Shown here: one piece after another, positions 1 through 12,112 of the stretch | Layout: every line of letters starts with the position of its first letter | Position numbering within the stretch: position 1 is the stretch's first letter | Source: Octopus sinensis | Taxonomy: Eukaryota | DNA: 64,000 nucleotides | Assembly: GCF_006345805.1 (NCBI RefSeq) | Contig: NC_043011.1 | Location: 57,734,464-57,798,463, forward strand | Direction: 5' to 3' | The notes under the pieces: model-generated | What the model was told of the DNA's origin: nothing | The model's input: the letters and a program-made list of their open reading frames with translations, nothing else | Databases searched by the model: none | Position numbers and translations under genes: made by a program

Positions 1-183
1 ATTTTTTTTAAAATCTGGATTTCGGTAATAAAATTTAATGAAAATTTAAAAAGGAAAGATAATGGTATTCGCTATTTCAAAATAAATTGAATAATTTCTT
101 TCCCCACAATAATCTTTATTTTATTTAATGTTTTATTAGAATTAGAGCTATTTTGATGGGTGCCTGCAAAATGTAGACGTGAG

Positions 184-383
184 CCGAGTCAAGTGCTTGT
201 GATGGCGTGCGCGAGTCAAGTGCTTGTGATGGCGTGCGCGAGTCAAGTGCTTGTGATGGCGTGCGCGAGTCAAGTGCTTGTGATGGCGTGCGCGAGTCAA
301 GTGCTTGTGATGGTGTGCGCGAGTCAAGTGCTTGTGATGGTGTGCGCGAGTCAAGTGCTTGTGATGGCGTACGCGAGTCAAGT
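184..383. repeat. 27-bp minisatellite (GCGAGTCAAGTGCTTGTGATGGCGTGC), 7 copies plus a partial
   Basis: Unit read directly from the sequence; it explains the 9-aa periodic ORFs at 148-467. Confidence 0.95.
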
Positions 384-1118
384 ACAGTGAAAGTGATTCA
401 GAAAAAAGTTATAATGATAATATTTTTGGACTTTTGTCGTTATCGTCACTGCATGGCGAAATCTTAAAAAAAAAACTCTGTGGATGAACGGAGACCATCA
501 GGTGCGAGACAGCACTTGTGAGTTTTGGGAGGAGCACTAAAATTGTTAAATGCTTGAAAATCATCGATATAGTTGTGACACCTGCTTTTTTCTTACTGTA
601 TACCTGTATTCTAACGTTTTTATTTAGACTTTGAACCCGGATCCATACGGTTGGGAAACTGTCTTCTTACCACCCAGCCACGCCTTAATAGAAAAACTAT
701 AAAAGATAATCGAACCAGATTATCTTTAGCCTATTTCAACGTTCCTTTGTTGAAATAAATCAAATATACGAAATTGGTTTAATTCCAAATAGCATAAATT
801 CTTTGATTTACGAGATTAAAGTAATTGGTTGATCGTAATCAAAATTCAGAGTCGCATCGATACACCAAAACTGAAAGTAATTAGAGCAAAATTAAAGGGG
901 GATGATCCAGTCCTAATATGTCTGACATTTAAAAGTAGGTGTAATGTGCAGGACAGGGCTGGCTGTGATGACTATCTTCAGAACGTTATTTGTGGTGGCT
1001 TTGTATGGAGGCTTGTTAACTACAAGACTATCCATACACAATCTTCTGTGCGAGGGCTGAAGAAAAAGGGTTCTTTGACTATTGCTATTTGTCATACCTT
1101 TGCATATCACCTGTTTTT

Positions 1119-1150
1119 ATGAAAGTAGATATATGTGCTGTCCTTCTTTG
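1119..1150 (+). other. Candidate exon ending at a strong splice donor (TTTG|GTGAGT)
   Basis: ATG at 1119 gives MKVDICAVLL+TG before GTGAGT at 1151. Alternatively, a 22-nt exon after the AG at 1127-1128 reads IYVLSFF+G. No homology is recognised. Confidence 0.3.
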
Positions 1151-1310
1151 GTGAGTGTGTGTAAACCTGCCTGATACATTCAATGTTGGCTAAAACCTAC
1201 AGATATATATATATATATATATATATATACTAAAGTAGTATAAGTATGTAAATTGAAACTAAACACTGTTAATACACCTGTAATTTATTAATTGAATTAG
1301 CTGTAAAGAA

Positions 1311-1364
1311 TGTGTTACATACACAGTTTGTGTTACATACACAGTTTGTGTTACATACACAGTT
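1311..1364. repeat. 18-bp tandem repeat x3 (TGTGTTACATACACAGTT)
   Basis: Three exact copies, read directly. Confidence 0.9.
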
Positions 1365-1780
1365 ACTTAATCTTTTAGTAATATTGGGTTTATAAGAAGT
1401 GTCTTAATGGATAGTTAAATGGGGTACTCAGTTGCAACGGTGAGGGTCTATCAATACAGAACATACACAGAGTGCTACTTAATAAATCTTAAATGAACTT
1501 TAATGAAAATTTTATTTTATAAGTTATTGCATTCGTGACTAAAAGTTTGTTCATTTTTTCTAGTTAGCTTTTATGATGATAGCTTCACTTGGATGACAAC
1601 AACGGATTATTATGTTGTATCACAATTTCTAGTTTTAGTGGTTTAGTACCATATATTTCTGTACCATGTCCGTACTTAGTGTAATGTATCTCTGCCTTAT
1701 ATTCATATTTACTTTACAGTTAAATAGGGAGTGTGTTTAAGTGAGTGTATATACTTGTTTAGACAAGAAAGTCATATACC

Positions 1781-1880
1781 ATCATCATCATCATCATCAT
1801 CATAGTTTAATGTCTATTTTCCATGCTGGCATGGGTTGGACAGTTTGACAGGCGCTGGGGAGCTGGGGAGCTGTCCAGAA
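1781..1880 (-). mobile_element. 3' end fragment of an RTE-like LINE or its non-autonomous partner, with (ATG)n tail
   Basis: (CAT)n followed by TTTCCATGCTGGCATGGGTTGGAC; the same motif follows (CAT)n/(CGT)n at 59262-59580. Confidence 0.6.
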
Positions 1881-2403
1881 ATTAATGCATTCATATTCAA
1901 TAAAACCAAGTCAATTATTGGGTTTTTTTTTATCCACTCTGATCATAAACAGCCATTAACGACAGGGATGATGTTTGAACAATAATTGATATGGCTACAG
2001 TGAAACTTCATCATAAGCAATTTTTAACAAAAAAAAACAACAACAACAAAGAACAAAAGACAAAAAGCTATTACCAGAATTTATCGTAGAGTAATGTAAA
2101 CAGCAGCAAGCATTGTTAGGTTTCGCGGGTTGTTCTGTGTTGAAATAATGCTGTTAGTGTGATATATTTTGGATCAGCAGGAATTAGTTTTTTCAATATA
2201 GACCATTATAAGAATTGATTATTAACAATAGAAGCAGTGTGAATACGAAAATGTAATCTTTAGATCCAACTCAACAAGGACGCCATGTTAAAGGAGAGGC
2301 GCTCTCAAGGATAATTATGCAGTATTCAGGTGCTTTAACAATGCATCCATGTTATGCTGAATATAATGTTTACCTGTTGGTGTTGATATTACTTCCGTCG
2401 CAA

Positions 2404-2614
2404 GGCGGCGAGTTGGCAGAAACGTTAGCACGCCGGGGGAAATGCTTAGCGGTATTTCGTTTGTCTTTACTTTCTGAGTTCAAATTCCGCCGAGGACGAC
2501 TTTACTTTTCATCCTTTCGGGGTCGATGAATTAAATGCCAGATGCGTACTGGGGTCGATCTGACCAAGTTCCCTCCCACAACATTTTGGGCCTTGTACTT
2601 AGAGTAGGAAAGAA
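2404..2614 (+). mobile_element. tRNA-derived SINE family A (octopus OK-like)
   Basis: GGCGGCGAGTTGGCAGAAACGTTAGC head, B-box-like GAGTTCAAATTCC and core TTTCATCCTTTCGGGGTCGAT; about 20 copies in the window. Confidence 0.9.
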
Positions 2615-2631
2615 TATTGCTTCTGTCGCAA

Positions 2632-2862
2632 GGCGGCGAGCTAGAAGAAGCCTTATGGACGCCGGGCGAAATACTTAGCGGTATTTCGTCTGTCGTTACG
2701 TTCTGAGTTCAAATTCCGCCGAGGTCGACTTTGTCTTTCATCGTTTCGGAGTCGATAAATTAAGTACCAGTTACGCACTGGTGTCGATATAATCGACTTA
2801 ATTCGTTTATCTGTCCTTGTTTGTCCTCTCTATGTTTAGCCCCTGGTAGGTAGTAAAGAAAC
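2632..2862 (+). mobile_element. SINE family A
   Basis: Full head, core and GTAGTAAAGAAA tail. Confidence 0.9.
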
Positions 2863-3392
2863 ATATATTATGGCAATGAGGATGATGATGATAATAGGTC
2901 AGTTGTAGTATTCAGAGAAAATGAAGAATGTGGATAGCTGGACAATGAAGGGCTGTTCATTGCGGAGTTTAATAGGTCATCAATTGTACTAGTTTCGAGG
3001 AGTGGCCATACTGCTGGCCATGCTGTTATTGTTGTCGTTGCTGCTACTGCTACTGTTACTGCTATCTATATATACTTTTAATTTTGATGTTGAGGATGCT
3101 TTAGTTCAGTAACATATCTTTCTAGAGAATTCCCTAGGGGGGGATTTTATGACCAGCTTCATCAGTAAGCACTTTGGACTTATTTTATATATTTTTGTCT
3201 TTTGTCCCTGTTTTGAGAAGAAGCGTAACTTCAAGCAACTTTTCACAGATCAATTTTTAGACGCTATTGTCTAAACCTGGCTTCCATTCTGCTGCGAAGG
3301 ACATGCGCTGCGGGATTTTGTCTCGGAGTGTATATTTTACAATTTGAACAAAACGTATTAAAAATAACTGCTCTCTCACCACCTCTCTCGCC

Positions 3393-3407
3393 CTATCTAT
3401 CTATCTA

Positions 3408-3505
<98 letters not shown>
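3393..3505. repeat. (CTAT)n microsatellite, 5' flank of the Tx1-like LINE
   Basis: Read directly. Confidence 0.95.
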
Positions 3506-5975
3506 GAGGCCTTTCAGCAGCATTTTGCCCGACTGTTCGGAACGAGTGGAGGGCAAGAACGTAGGGTGGACTTCAGTGCCTACCTACATAGCCTACCACG
3601 ACTCTCGACAAGAAAGGCAGGGTGCTGCGAAGGTGCCATCACGGCGGCGGAAGTGCGGGAAGCGATGGCAGAATGCTCGAGGGACAAATCACCGGGTTTG
3701 GATGGTCTACCCTACGAGCTTTACAATTGTATGCCAGACTTGTTTGGAGATCTCTTGGCGGCGGTGTACTGCAACTGGCAGCAAAACGGGAGCATTCCTG
3801 GTTTTGTGAGCCGAGGAGCCGTAACACTGCTGAAGAAAGATCTAAACAAGGGAAATGTAATAGATAACTTTAGGCCCATCACTCTGCTTAATGCAGACTT
3901 GAAAATTTTGGCCAAGGTGCTAGCCAAGAGGTTGGCGCTTGCATGAGAAATGAGAACTGGTCGACAAGGCGCAAACATGCGCCGTGCCAGGCCGGACCAT
4001 CCATGACAACCTCCATCTGATGCGCTACATCATAGACAGGGCAGGGTAGTTAACGAACCTGGCATGGGTGGGGCCCTGATCAACTTGGATCAATCAAAAG
4101 CCTTTGATAGGGTAGACCATCGATACTTGGAGGCAGTCCTGAGAGCGGCTGGTTTCGGTCCCGTCTTCCGCGGCTGGATAGCCGCTTTGTACAGAGGCAT
4201 CCGTTCGGTAATTCGCGTAAATGGACATCTATCGAGACCTTTCGACATTGCACGTTCGGTCCGTCAGGGATGCCCCCTCTCGGCGCTTCTATACGTATTG
4301 ACTCTTGAGCCACTACTGCGGAAGCTGGCGACTCTAAGGGGCATCCCGCGAGAATTGGGATGCGGGACGAGCGTGTCTGCATACGCGGACGACGTCACCG
4401 TCATAGTGTCTAGCCACGAGCACATCGAGCTGGTCGGCGAGACACTGAAAAACTACGAAGCGGTGACAGGAGCGAAAATCAACGGGAAAAGTCAGTGGGC
4501 TTGCGACTAGGCACCTGGAGAAGCAAACCCATGCCGTCCACCAGCGCCTCCGTCGTGGGACGCTGGACCGACGGCCCGGTTGAGTTGCTCGGGGTCTGGT
4601 TTGGTCCGGACCTCCAAGTGGAGAAGAACTGGAACGAGATAACGAGTAGGGTGGTCACTCTCGCCCGGCAATGGGCCGAGAGGAAACTGTCCCTAAAAGG
4701 TCGAGCGGAGGTGGCGAACACGTACATCGCGTCCGTCATCTACTACCGCCTGACCGTCGTACCTTGTCCCGACCCTACCATCACCAAACTACAACGCATC
4801 CTCTTTCGCTTCTTGTGGAAAGGATGCGTCCCGATGGTCAGGCGATCCATTTGCTGTCAACACCCGTTAAAAGGAGGGCTGGGCATGCCGTGGTTGATGA
4901 TGCGCAGACACGCGCTGAGACTGCGACATCTCTGGCTCTATGTAGACGACGGTGAACAGGTGTGGTCGCCGTTTGTGAGGCACGCTTTCCCGCAGCTCGT
5001 CTCCATGACCGAACTGCAGTCGTGGATTAAAAAGAGGCCGAGGAAGGGCGAATGGCACCGCGAGTGTCGCGTTGCTCTCAAGCAACTCTGCCGTCCTGGG
5101 TCGACCTTAAGTGACTTCAACACAACCAAAGCATTCTATAGGGGTTTAGTGGAGGGGAGGTACGACGACGAGCTCGGGGCGAACCTGGACGTCGACGAGG
5201 AGCACCTGACCCGCCTGTTCGGGACGACTTTCGGGCCAGGGCCCATGGACAACTTCCAGAGATCCCTGGCCTGGCAGTGCTACCGAGAAGCGCTACCCGT
5301 TCGGGATAAGCTCTACAGACACGGCTCGAGAAACACGGGGCCGACCTGCCCGAGATGCGGTCAGAGCGACGAAACCGTTCTGCACGCACTCGTTCAGTGT
5401 CCAACAATTTCCGACCTGTGGGCTTATGTCGAACAACTGCTGTCACGTGTGGGACGAGTCGGGTTATCAGCTGAGTCTATCGTCAAAATTGTCACGCCTC
5501 CTTCCTTCAAACGGGAAGGAAGAGCTATTTTCATCATCCTTGTGGCTATGGCGAAAGAATGTATCTGGTGGACGCGTCTGAAAGGATTGGAGACAAACAC
5601 TTTCCTCTCTGGTCAATCTCTCATCAACTTCTTCAAGTACCACTTGAAAAGGAAAGTGAGAGTAGAGAGGCAAGTTTTGTCTAGCGAATGTTTTAAAAAA
5701 AGATGGGTGAATGTAGCAAGAATGGCACGTATGAATGACGAAGCCACCTTGAGCATAGTCCTATGAACCCAGAAATCGAAAACAGAGAGTTTGCTTATTT
5801 GCAAAAAAAAAAAAAAAAAAAAAAAGAAATATAAAATGTGACTTCATTGACCGAGGTTACCGTGGTCTTTTCCGCAGGCTTTTCTTTCCACGGGTAAACC
5901 TCACCTGTCCTCCCCTTTACACTTCATATTGACATTTCTGTGATAACGATCCCTATTGATCATTTTTTTTCCTCT

Positions 5976-6008
<33 letters not shown>

Positions 6009-6069
6009 CCCCCCCTTATTTTGTCCTCTTTCTCTCCTTTTACGATCCCTTTGATCGAACCTCCCCCTT

Positions 6070-6108
<39 letters not shown>

Positions 6109-6180
6109 CCTTCAAAAGAAAAGCTCTACCTTGTAATTTGTTCTATCTGTGTGCAGCCCTGTGTGGCTAATAAAGAAACA
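3506..6180 (+). mobile_element. 5'-truncated Tx1/L1-clade non-LTR retrotransposon (ORF2 RT + C-terminal CCHC finger + ~415-nt 3' UTR)
   Basis: Motifs: KSPGLDGLPYELY, NFRPITLLNADLKILAK, LDQSKAFDRV, VRQGCPLS, YADD, CPRCGQSDETVLHALVQC. Frame disruptions near 3945, 4045 and 4485; stop at 5764-5766. The 3' terminus GCTAATAAAGAAACATA is shared with the copy at 39361-39540. Confidence 0.92.
3566..5766 (+). pseudogene. Disrupted LINE ORF2 reverse transcriptase (endonuclease domain missing)
   Basis: ORF-track pieces 3566-3946, 4064-4510 and 4495-5766 are consecutive parts of one RT protein. Confidence 0.9.
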
Positions 6181-6186
6181 TATCTA

Positions 6187-6245
<59 letters not shown>

Positions 6246-6250
6246 GCCTG

Positions 6251-6282
<32 letters not shown>

Positions 6283-6343
6283 ATCTATCTATCTATCTAT
6301 CTATCTACCTACCTACCTACCTACCTACCTACCTACCTATCTA

Positions 6344-6416
<73 letters not shown>

Positions 6417-6450
6417 GTCTGTCTGTCTGTCTGTCTGTCTGCCTGCCTGC

Positions 6451-6489
<39 letters not shown>

Positions 6490-6494
6490 CCTAC

Positions 6495-6535
<41 letters not shown>

Positions 6536-6585
6536 AAACCATCTATCTATCTATCTATCAAACCATCTATCTATCTATCTATCTC
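6181..6585. repeat. Compound (TCTG)n/(TCTA)n/(CCTA)n microsatellite, 3' flank of the Tx1-like LINE
   Basis: Read directly. Confidence 0.95.
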
Positions 6586-7079
6586 TGTAACACATAGATG
6601 AAACACACACAAACACATGCACGTACACACTTACACACACTCATATATAATACAGATATGTATATTTTCCTACTGACATATTAGGAATGCGTATGCTAAC
6701 ACTTAAAACAGTTGAAACTTATATACGTCCATGCGTAAATGCGTATTTCCAATCACAAATCCATTATACGTACATATAAACAAACACATTAACGGACGTT
6801 TACACATACACACAGACACATGTACAGAGATTTTGCCTTTACACACACACATATGCATGCACGCGGATATTTCCAATTCAGTGGTCTTTCAAAAATACGT
6901 ATATTATTTTCTTAACACTATATTGCTTGGTATTTTAAATTAATATCATTTTAAGTCTTTGGCTACTTTCCAAAATGTGCGCATCAGCTTGAAACTTTAG
7001 ACAGATAAAAAATGATGAGATGACATTTCATTCTGTTCTACATGTTTTTCCTCTCTATGTTCGTATGTGTGATACCCAT

Positions 7080-7085
7080 ATATTA

Positions 7086-7116
<31 letters not shown>

Positions 7117-7218
7117 TATATATATATATATATATAATATATATATATATATATGCATATATATGTATATATTATATATATATATATATAATATATATAA
7201 TATATAGCATAATATATT

Positions 7219-7251
<33 letters not shown>

Positions 7252-7549
7252 CATATATATTATATATATTTATATTTATATATTATATATGCACACACCA
7301 CACATATATATGTGTGGTGCGACGTGTGTGCTTATACATACATATATATATATGTGTGTGCGTATGTGTGTGTCTGTATGCATGCATAAAAATGTATGTA
7401 TTAGTACACCATTATATACATGTGCGTATGCGCATGTGTGGTTGTTGTGTGTGCGTATACATACATGCATATATATATGTGTGTGCACATATATATATGT
7501 GTATGTGTTTGTGTATACATACATGTGTATATATATATGTATATTTATC

Positions 7550-7581
<32 letters not shown>

Positions 7582-7630
7582 TACATATGTGTTATATATA
7601 TATATTTATATATATATATAATATATATGT
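7080..7630. repeat. (TA)n/(TG)n low-complexity tract
   Basis: Read directly; it produces the spurious YI/CV ORFs. Confidence 0.9.
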
Positions 7631-8545
7631 GATGCTATTAGAACTTTTTTAAAATTCTGTGATAAGACTGTACATCTCTTTAAAGAACTTTAATGAACTT
7701 TGGAAATCTGTTTATGTTACTTAATTATCTACATTACTTCATGAGTATGCCTCAACCACTAGGATGTCTAGAGAACTCACATGTATTTTGCTGATGTGAG
7801 TACGGGACACGTTTATATGCTGTAATTTTTAAAATTTTAATAAAGCCTGTCCTTGTATGAAACGATTGTACTAAAAACCTATCCATTCTTGTTGCTTCTT
7901 TCTCGCTTATAATCACCCCACATTACTGTATGTTGTTAAAACAGTATAGTTTTTTTGGTGCATCTAAGTTAGGTACTTATTCAAGTAAATTCATTTAAAT
8001 TAACTTGAATCTTTATTGCTTTTTGTATATATTTATATCTATATTTATATAGGTGTGTGTCTATGCATGCATAAAAATCTGTGTATTATAACAGCATTAT
8101 ATTTATATATGTGCGTGTGTGTATGTGTGCATATATGCGTATAGAAACGTCTGTGCGCGCAGTTATACATTTGTTCTGTTCCCTTTTAGTTCCTTTTGTT
8201 CTCTTCTCGGTCATTGAAACGGACTTGTTTAATGTCCCTTTCTCGAATGATTTTCATCTAAGCACAGATTGTACAACCACTTTGAACCGATCGCTTTGCG
8301 TAGCTAAATACGCTGTAGATAAAAATGCAGTCATAGAATAAGCTCTATTTATTTCTTGTACTAATAAAACCTCTTGTATGACCAAATGCACAACATATTC
8401 TGATTGATTATGGCAGATTAAGCATTGTCCGAGTCGTTGCTCTATAAAAGCAGTGGAGGGCACTGCTGTGCTACGCTTTCTAAACTAGGTTAAATTGGTA
8501 ACGACGGGAATTTCTTCATCAAATTGGAAGATATATATACATATG

Positions 8546-8590
<45 letters not shown>

Positions 8591-8600
8591 ACACACACAT

Positions 8601-8635
<35 letters not shown>

Positions 8636-8744
8636 CACATCCGTATATATACGTCAGGCTCTAACTTCTGAAATAATCCTCTTGGTCGGGGGTCTTTAAC
8701 TTGAAGGAATGTTCCCAAGTCTAGTGTAGTGAGGCTGAATCTGA

Positions 8745-8930
8745 AACCACATAAAACCAACCTTTTCACCACTAAACCACGTAAAGCGAACCTTTTCACC
8801 ACTAAACCACGTAAAGCGAACCTTTTCACCACTAAACCACGTAAAGCGAACCTTTTCACCACTAAACCAACATAAAGCGAACCTTTTCACCACTAAACCA
8901 CGTAGAACGAACCTTTTCACCATTAAGCCA
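8745..8930. repeat. 30-bp minisatellite (AACCTTTTCACCACTAAACCACGTAAAGCG), about 6 copies
   Basis: Unit read directly; it explains the VKRFALRGLV periodic ORF. Confidence 0.92.
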
Positions 8931-9569
8931 CGCCTGCCCCTTTTTTTGAAATCCGTAATCTAAGCCACCGTATTTGCTTATAGTTTTGGAAAGAAAATAT
9001 AATTTATATTTTGCAAGTCCCTAAGCACTTTATTGCGCTGCTCCAAATTGATGTCTACTCATTGAGATGTTTCAATAAAGTATAATACTTAACTCACATT
9101 AGAAATTTAAAATGAAACAGAAAGCTTTATTGATCTTCGAGTTCTGCGGTGATCTGTGAGAATATTATTAGAATTTAAAACCATTAAGTGATCGATTAAA
9201 GAGAACTAATTAAATCTTAATGAAATAAAGATACGAAGATCAAAGAAGGATGTCTTTACCATTAGAAGAAGTTAAAATAGAAGGATGTGTGATTGTAATG
9301 AATGGAAAAACAATTTAATGCGAAACTTTTGAAGAAATAATTTTGGGGTAACGTTGTCAATGGCGTAAAATATCTTTCGTGGGGAAATTTAGTAACACAA
9401 GGCAGAAAAGTGGTGGTAAGTTCTTGCGTCAGTTCCCCCTCTCAATCTCTGGTCGTGAAATATGACCGTCGCATCGTCAGTGTTCTCTTGGGTACTAATA
9501 CAAGGTGACAACCAAGCTTGCTGCTGGCACCATCCCTAAAACCATAAAGCCTAACCCTAATACATGGAA

Positions 9570-10010
9570 AGTAATATTGGTTTCAAGTTTTGGCACAAGG
9601 TCTGCAATTTCGAGCGTGGTCGGGTGGGTAAGACGCTTACATCGACTCTGTGCTCATAGCCCTAGCTGGTGGGGGTGCTTGCCTCCCCTTCGCAAATATA
9701 TGGACACAGGAAATGTGTCAAAGCCGACAGGAAGCGTCGATGCTTCCTAGGGCTAAATAGCGGTGTTGTAATTCCCTTTACGGGACTGTCACGTTATGTT
9801 GACGGTATACAACCACTCTATCGCTCCACCACCGCTCATGTCTCTCTGAGACATTTAGAAATTCAATATTTCTAATTTCGCTGATTAATCTATCGACCCC
9901 GAAAGAATGAAAAGTTAAGTTCGGTGGAATTTGAACTCAGAACGTAGCAAGAGACGGACTGCCACTGAGCGTTTTCCCCGGTTCCCTAACGATTCTGCCA
10001 GCCTCCGCTG
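9570..10010 (-). mobile_element. Degenerate SINE family A copy split by a ~230-bp insertion
   Basis: Tail (TTTGGCACAAGG) at ~9590; core and head (TCGACCCCGAAAGAATGAAA...TTCTGCCAGC) at 9890-10010. Confidence 0.6.
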
Positions 10011-10034
10011 CTTTACGCACGGAAACTAACATCG

Positions 10035-10245
10035 CAGGGTGGTGAGTTGGCAGAAACCGGTAGCACGCCGGACAAAATGTTTAGCAGCATTTCGTCCGCT
10101 GCTTCGTTCTGCATTCAAATCCCGTCCAGGTCGACCTTGCCTTTCATCGTTTCGGAATCGCTAAAATAGTTATCTCTGAGGTCGATGCAATAGACTAACT
10201 CACTCCCCACAAATTGCTGGCTTTGTGCCACAATTTGCAATAAAA
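10035..10245 (+). mobile_element. SINE family A (diverged)
   Basis: GGTGGTGAGTTGGCAGAAACCGGTAGCACGCCGG head and core. Confidence 0.8.
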
Positions 10246-10644
10246 AAAAATAGAAAGCACATTCAGACGCACGACACACACGCACTTGTGTCTGTATAAG
10301 ATTTATATAAAGAGAGTGTGAGAGCTTTTAAATAGATGTCAAAACAAACGCGTTATTTGGTTTATTTTCCATTTACAAGGCATAATGCACGTTTCTAAAT
10401 TCCTTTCTCCATTGTGTCATAGACAGTCCAGACCTAACATAAATTTCAAAACCAAAATATCCGATTCCAACACTCATATCTTCGCACAATATCGCAGAAT
10501 AAAAATGTTATTGTCTTTAGGAAAAAAACCCACCTATCCTCTAAAACGAAAATAAAAACATTTATAGAACGGCTTTTGTCCAAATACGATGTCATTCACA
10601 GATGATAAGATTAGCGTAAGGAAGCTTATGTTAAATATCTACTT

Positions 10645-11218
10645 TTCTACTCTAGGCACAAGGCCCGAAATTTTGCCGGAGGTGACCAGACGATTAGATC
10701 GACCCCAGTACTCAACTGGCACTTAAGTTATCGACCCCAAAGGGATGAAAGACAAAGTCGACCTCGGCGGAATTTGAACTGAGAACGCAACGGCAGACGA
10801 AATACCTATTTCTTTACTACCCACAAGGAGCCAAACACAGAGAGGACAAACAAGGACAGACCGAGGGATTAAGTCGATTATATCTACCCTAGTACTGGTA
10901 CTTAATTTATCGACCCCAAAGGGATGAAAGGCTAAGTCGACCCCCGCGGGATTTGAACTCACAACGTAACGGCAGATGAAATACCTATTTCTTTACTACT
11001 CACAAGGGGCTAAACACAGAGAGGACAAACAAGGACAGACAGACGGATTAAGTCGATTACATCGACTCCAGTGCGTAACTGGTACTTAATTTATCGATCC
11101 CGAAATAATGAAAGGCAAAGTCGACCTCGGCGGAATTTGAACTCAGAACGTAGCGGCAGACAAAATACCGCTAAGCTTTTTGCCCGGCGTGCTAACGGTT
11201 CTGCCAGCTCGCCGCCTT
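10645..11218 (-). mobile_element. SINE family A multimer (one head, three tandem core+tail units)
   Basis: The ~175-bp unit recurs, with junction CAGACGAAATACCTATTTCTTTACTAC at ~10800 and ~10978. Confidence 0.9.
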
Positions 11219-11221
11219 CAA

Positions 11222-11830
11222 CGCCTTGGCAAAGTCGAGATATATCACATCCATATTTGAATGGTTGAGCTGTTGTTTTAGTACCCAGTCGAAGTGCTGT
11301 AGTAGCTGTGTTAGGCAGCTCCGTCCAGGACGGAAACCATGTTGCGTGTCTGTAAGCAAGTCATTTTCCCCTGGGAATGAGGTCAGTCTTTTTCTGAAAA
11401 TGCGTTAATAAGTAGCATCTGATCCATGCTAGCATGGCTAAGTAGACATCTTGCTGGCATGTGAGGTCAGAGAGATCAGTCTGGAGTTTATAGCATCTAC
11501 TCTGCTTCCTCCTTTGTGGACCCGACAGATTATTCCTTCTTTTAACATTTGAAGGAAATGTACCGCATTCAAGAGAACTCTGGAAAAGCATTTGCAGGGG
11601 TTTTGCAAGGGTTTTCTTGCACGTTTTTAACAGAAATGCTGGGAGTCCCATCGGGGCTTGTTGCGGAGTTTGGATTTATCTCATTAATGACCGACAATAG
11701 GGTCTTCTGTAGGGTCAATGTAACTGATGGTCACCTTTTTCTCTTGTAGGTTAGAGGTGTTGAAAAGCTCATCAGGTCTGCTTCTTTTCATGTTTTCTGG
11801 TGGGAAGGTGAAAACACTTCGCAATTGTTT
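11222..11830 (-). mobile_element. CR1/L2-like LINE RT fragment (pseudogenised)
   Basis: Minus strand reads PAFLLKTCKKTLAKPLQMLFQSSLECGTFP...QHGFRPGRSCLTQLLQHFDWVL...DVIYLDFAKA, interrupted there by the SINE. Confidence 0.85.
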
Positions 11831-11894
11831 ATTGAGTGCTTGACTTACACACACACACATGCAAGCATACACACACACACACATATATATATAC

Positions 11895-11931
<37 letters not shown>

Positions 11932-12071
11932 TATATATATATATCTACAACCATATATACATATATATATATATATTTACACACACACACACATATACAT
12001 ACATATTTATATATACATATACATACTTACATATATGTATATATATATATATACATACATACATACATATT

Positions 12072-12112
<41 letters not shown>

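Noticed and set aside
184-383. 27-bp and 30-bp (8745-8930) arrays as CRISPR arrays
   Set aside because: No spacers (head-to-tail repeats), eukaryotic context and no cas genes.
829-1122. 97-aa ORF as a gene
   Set aside because: Starts at a non-ATG codon and has no recognisable motif; only the donor at 1151 is noteworthy.
9548-9562. CCTAACCCTAA as interstitial telomere
   Set aside because: Fewer than two full TTAGGG units; expected by chance.
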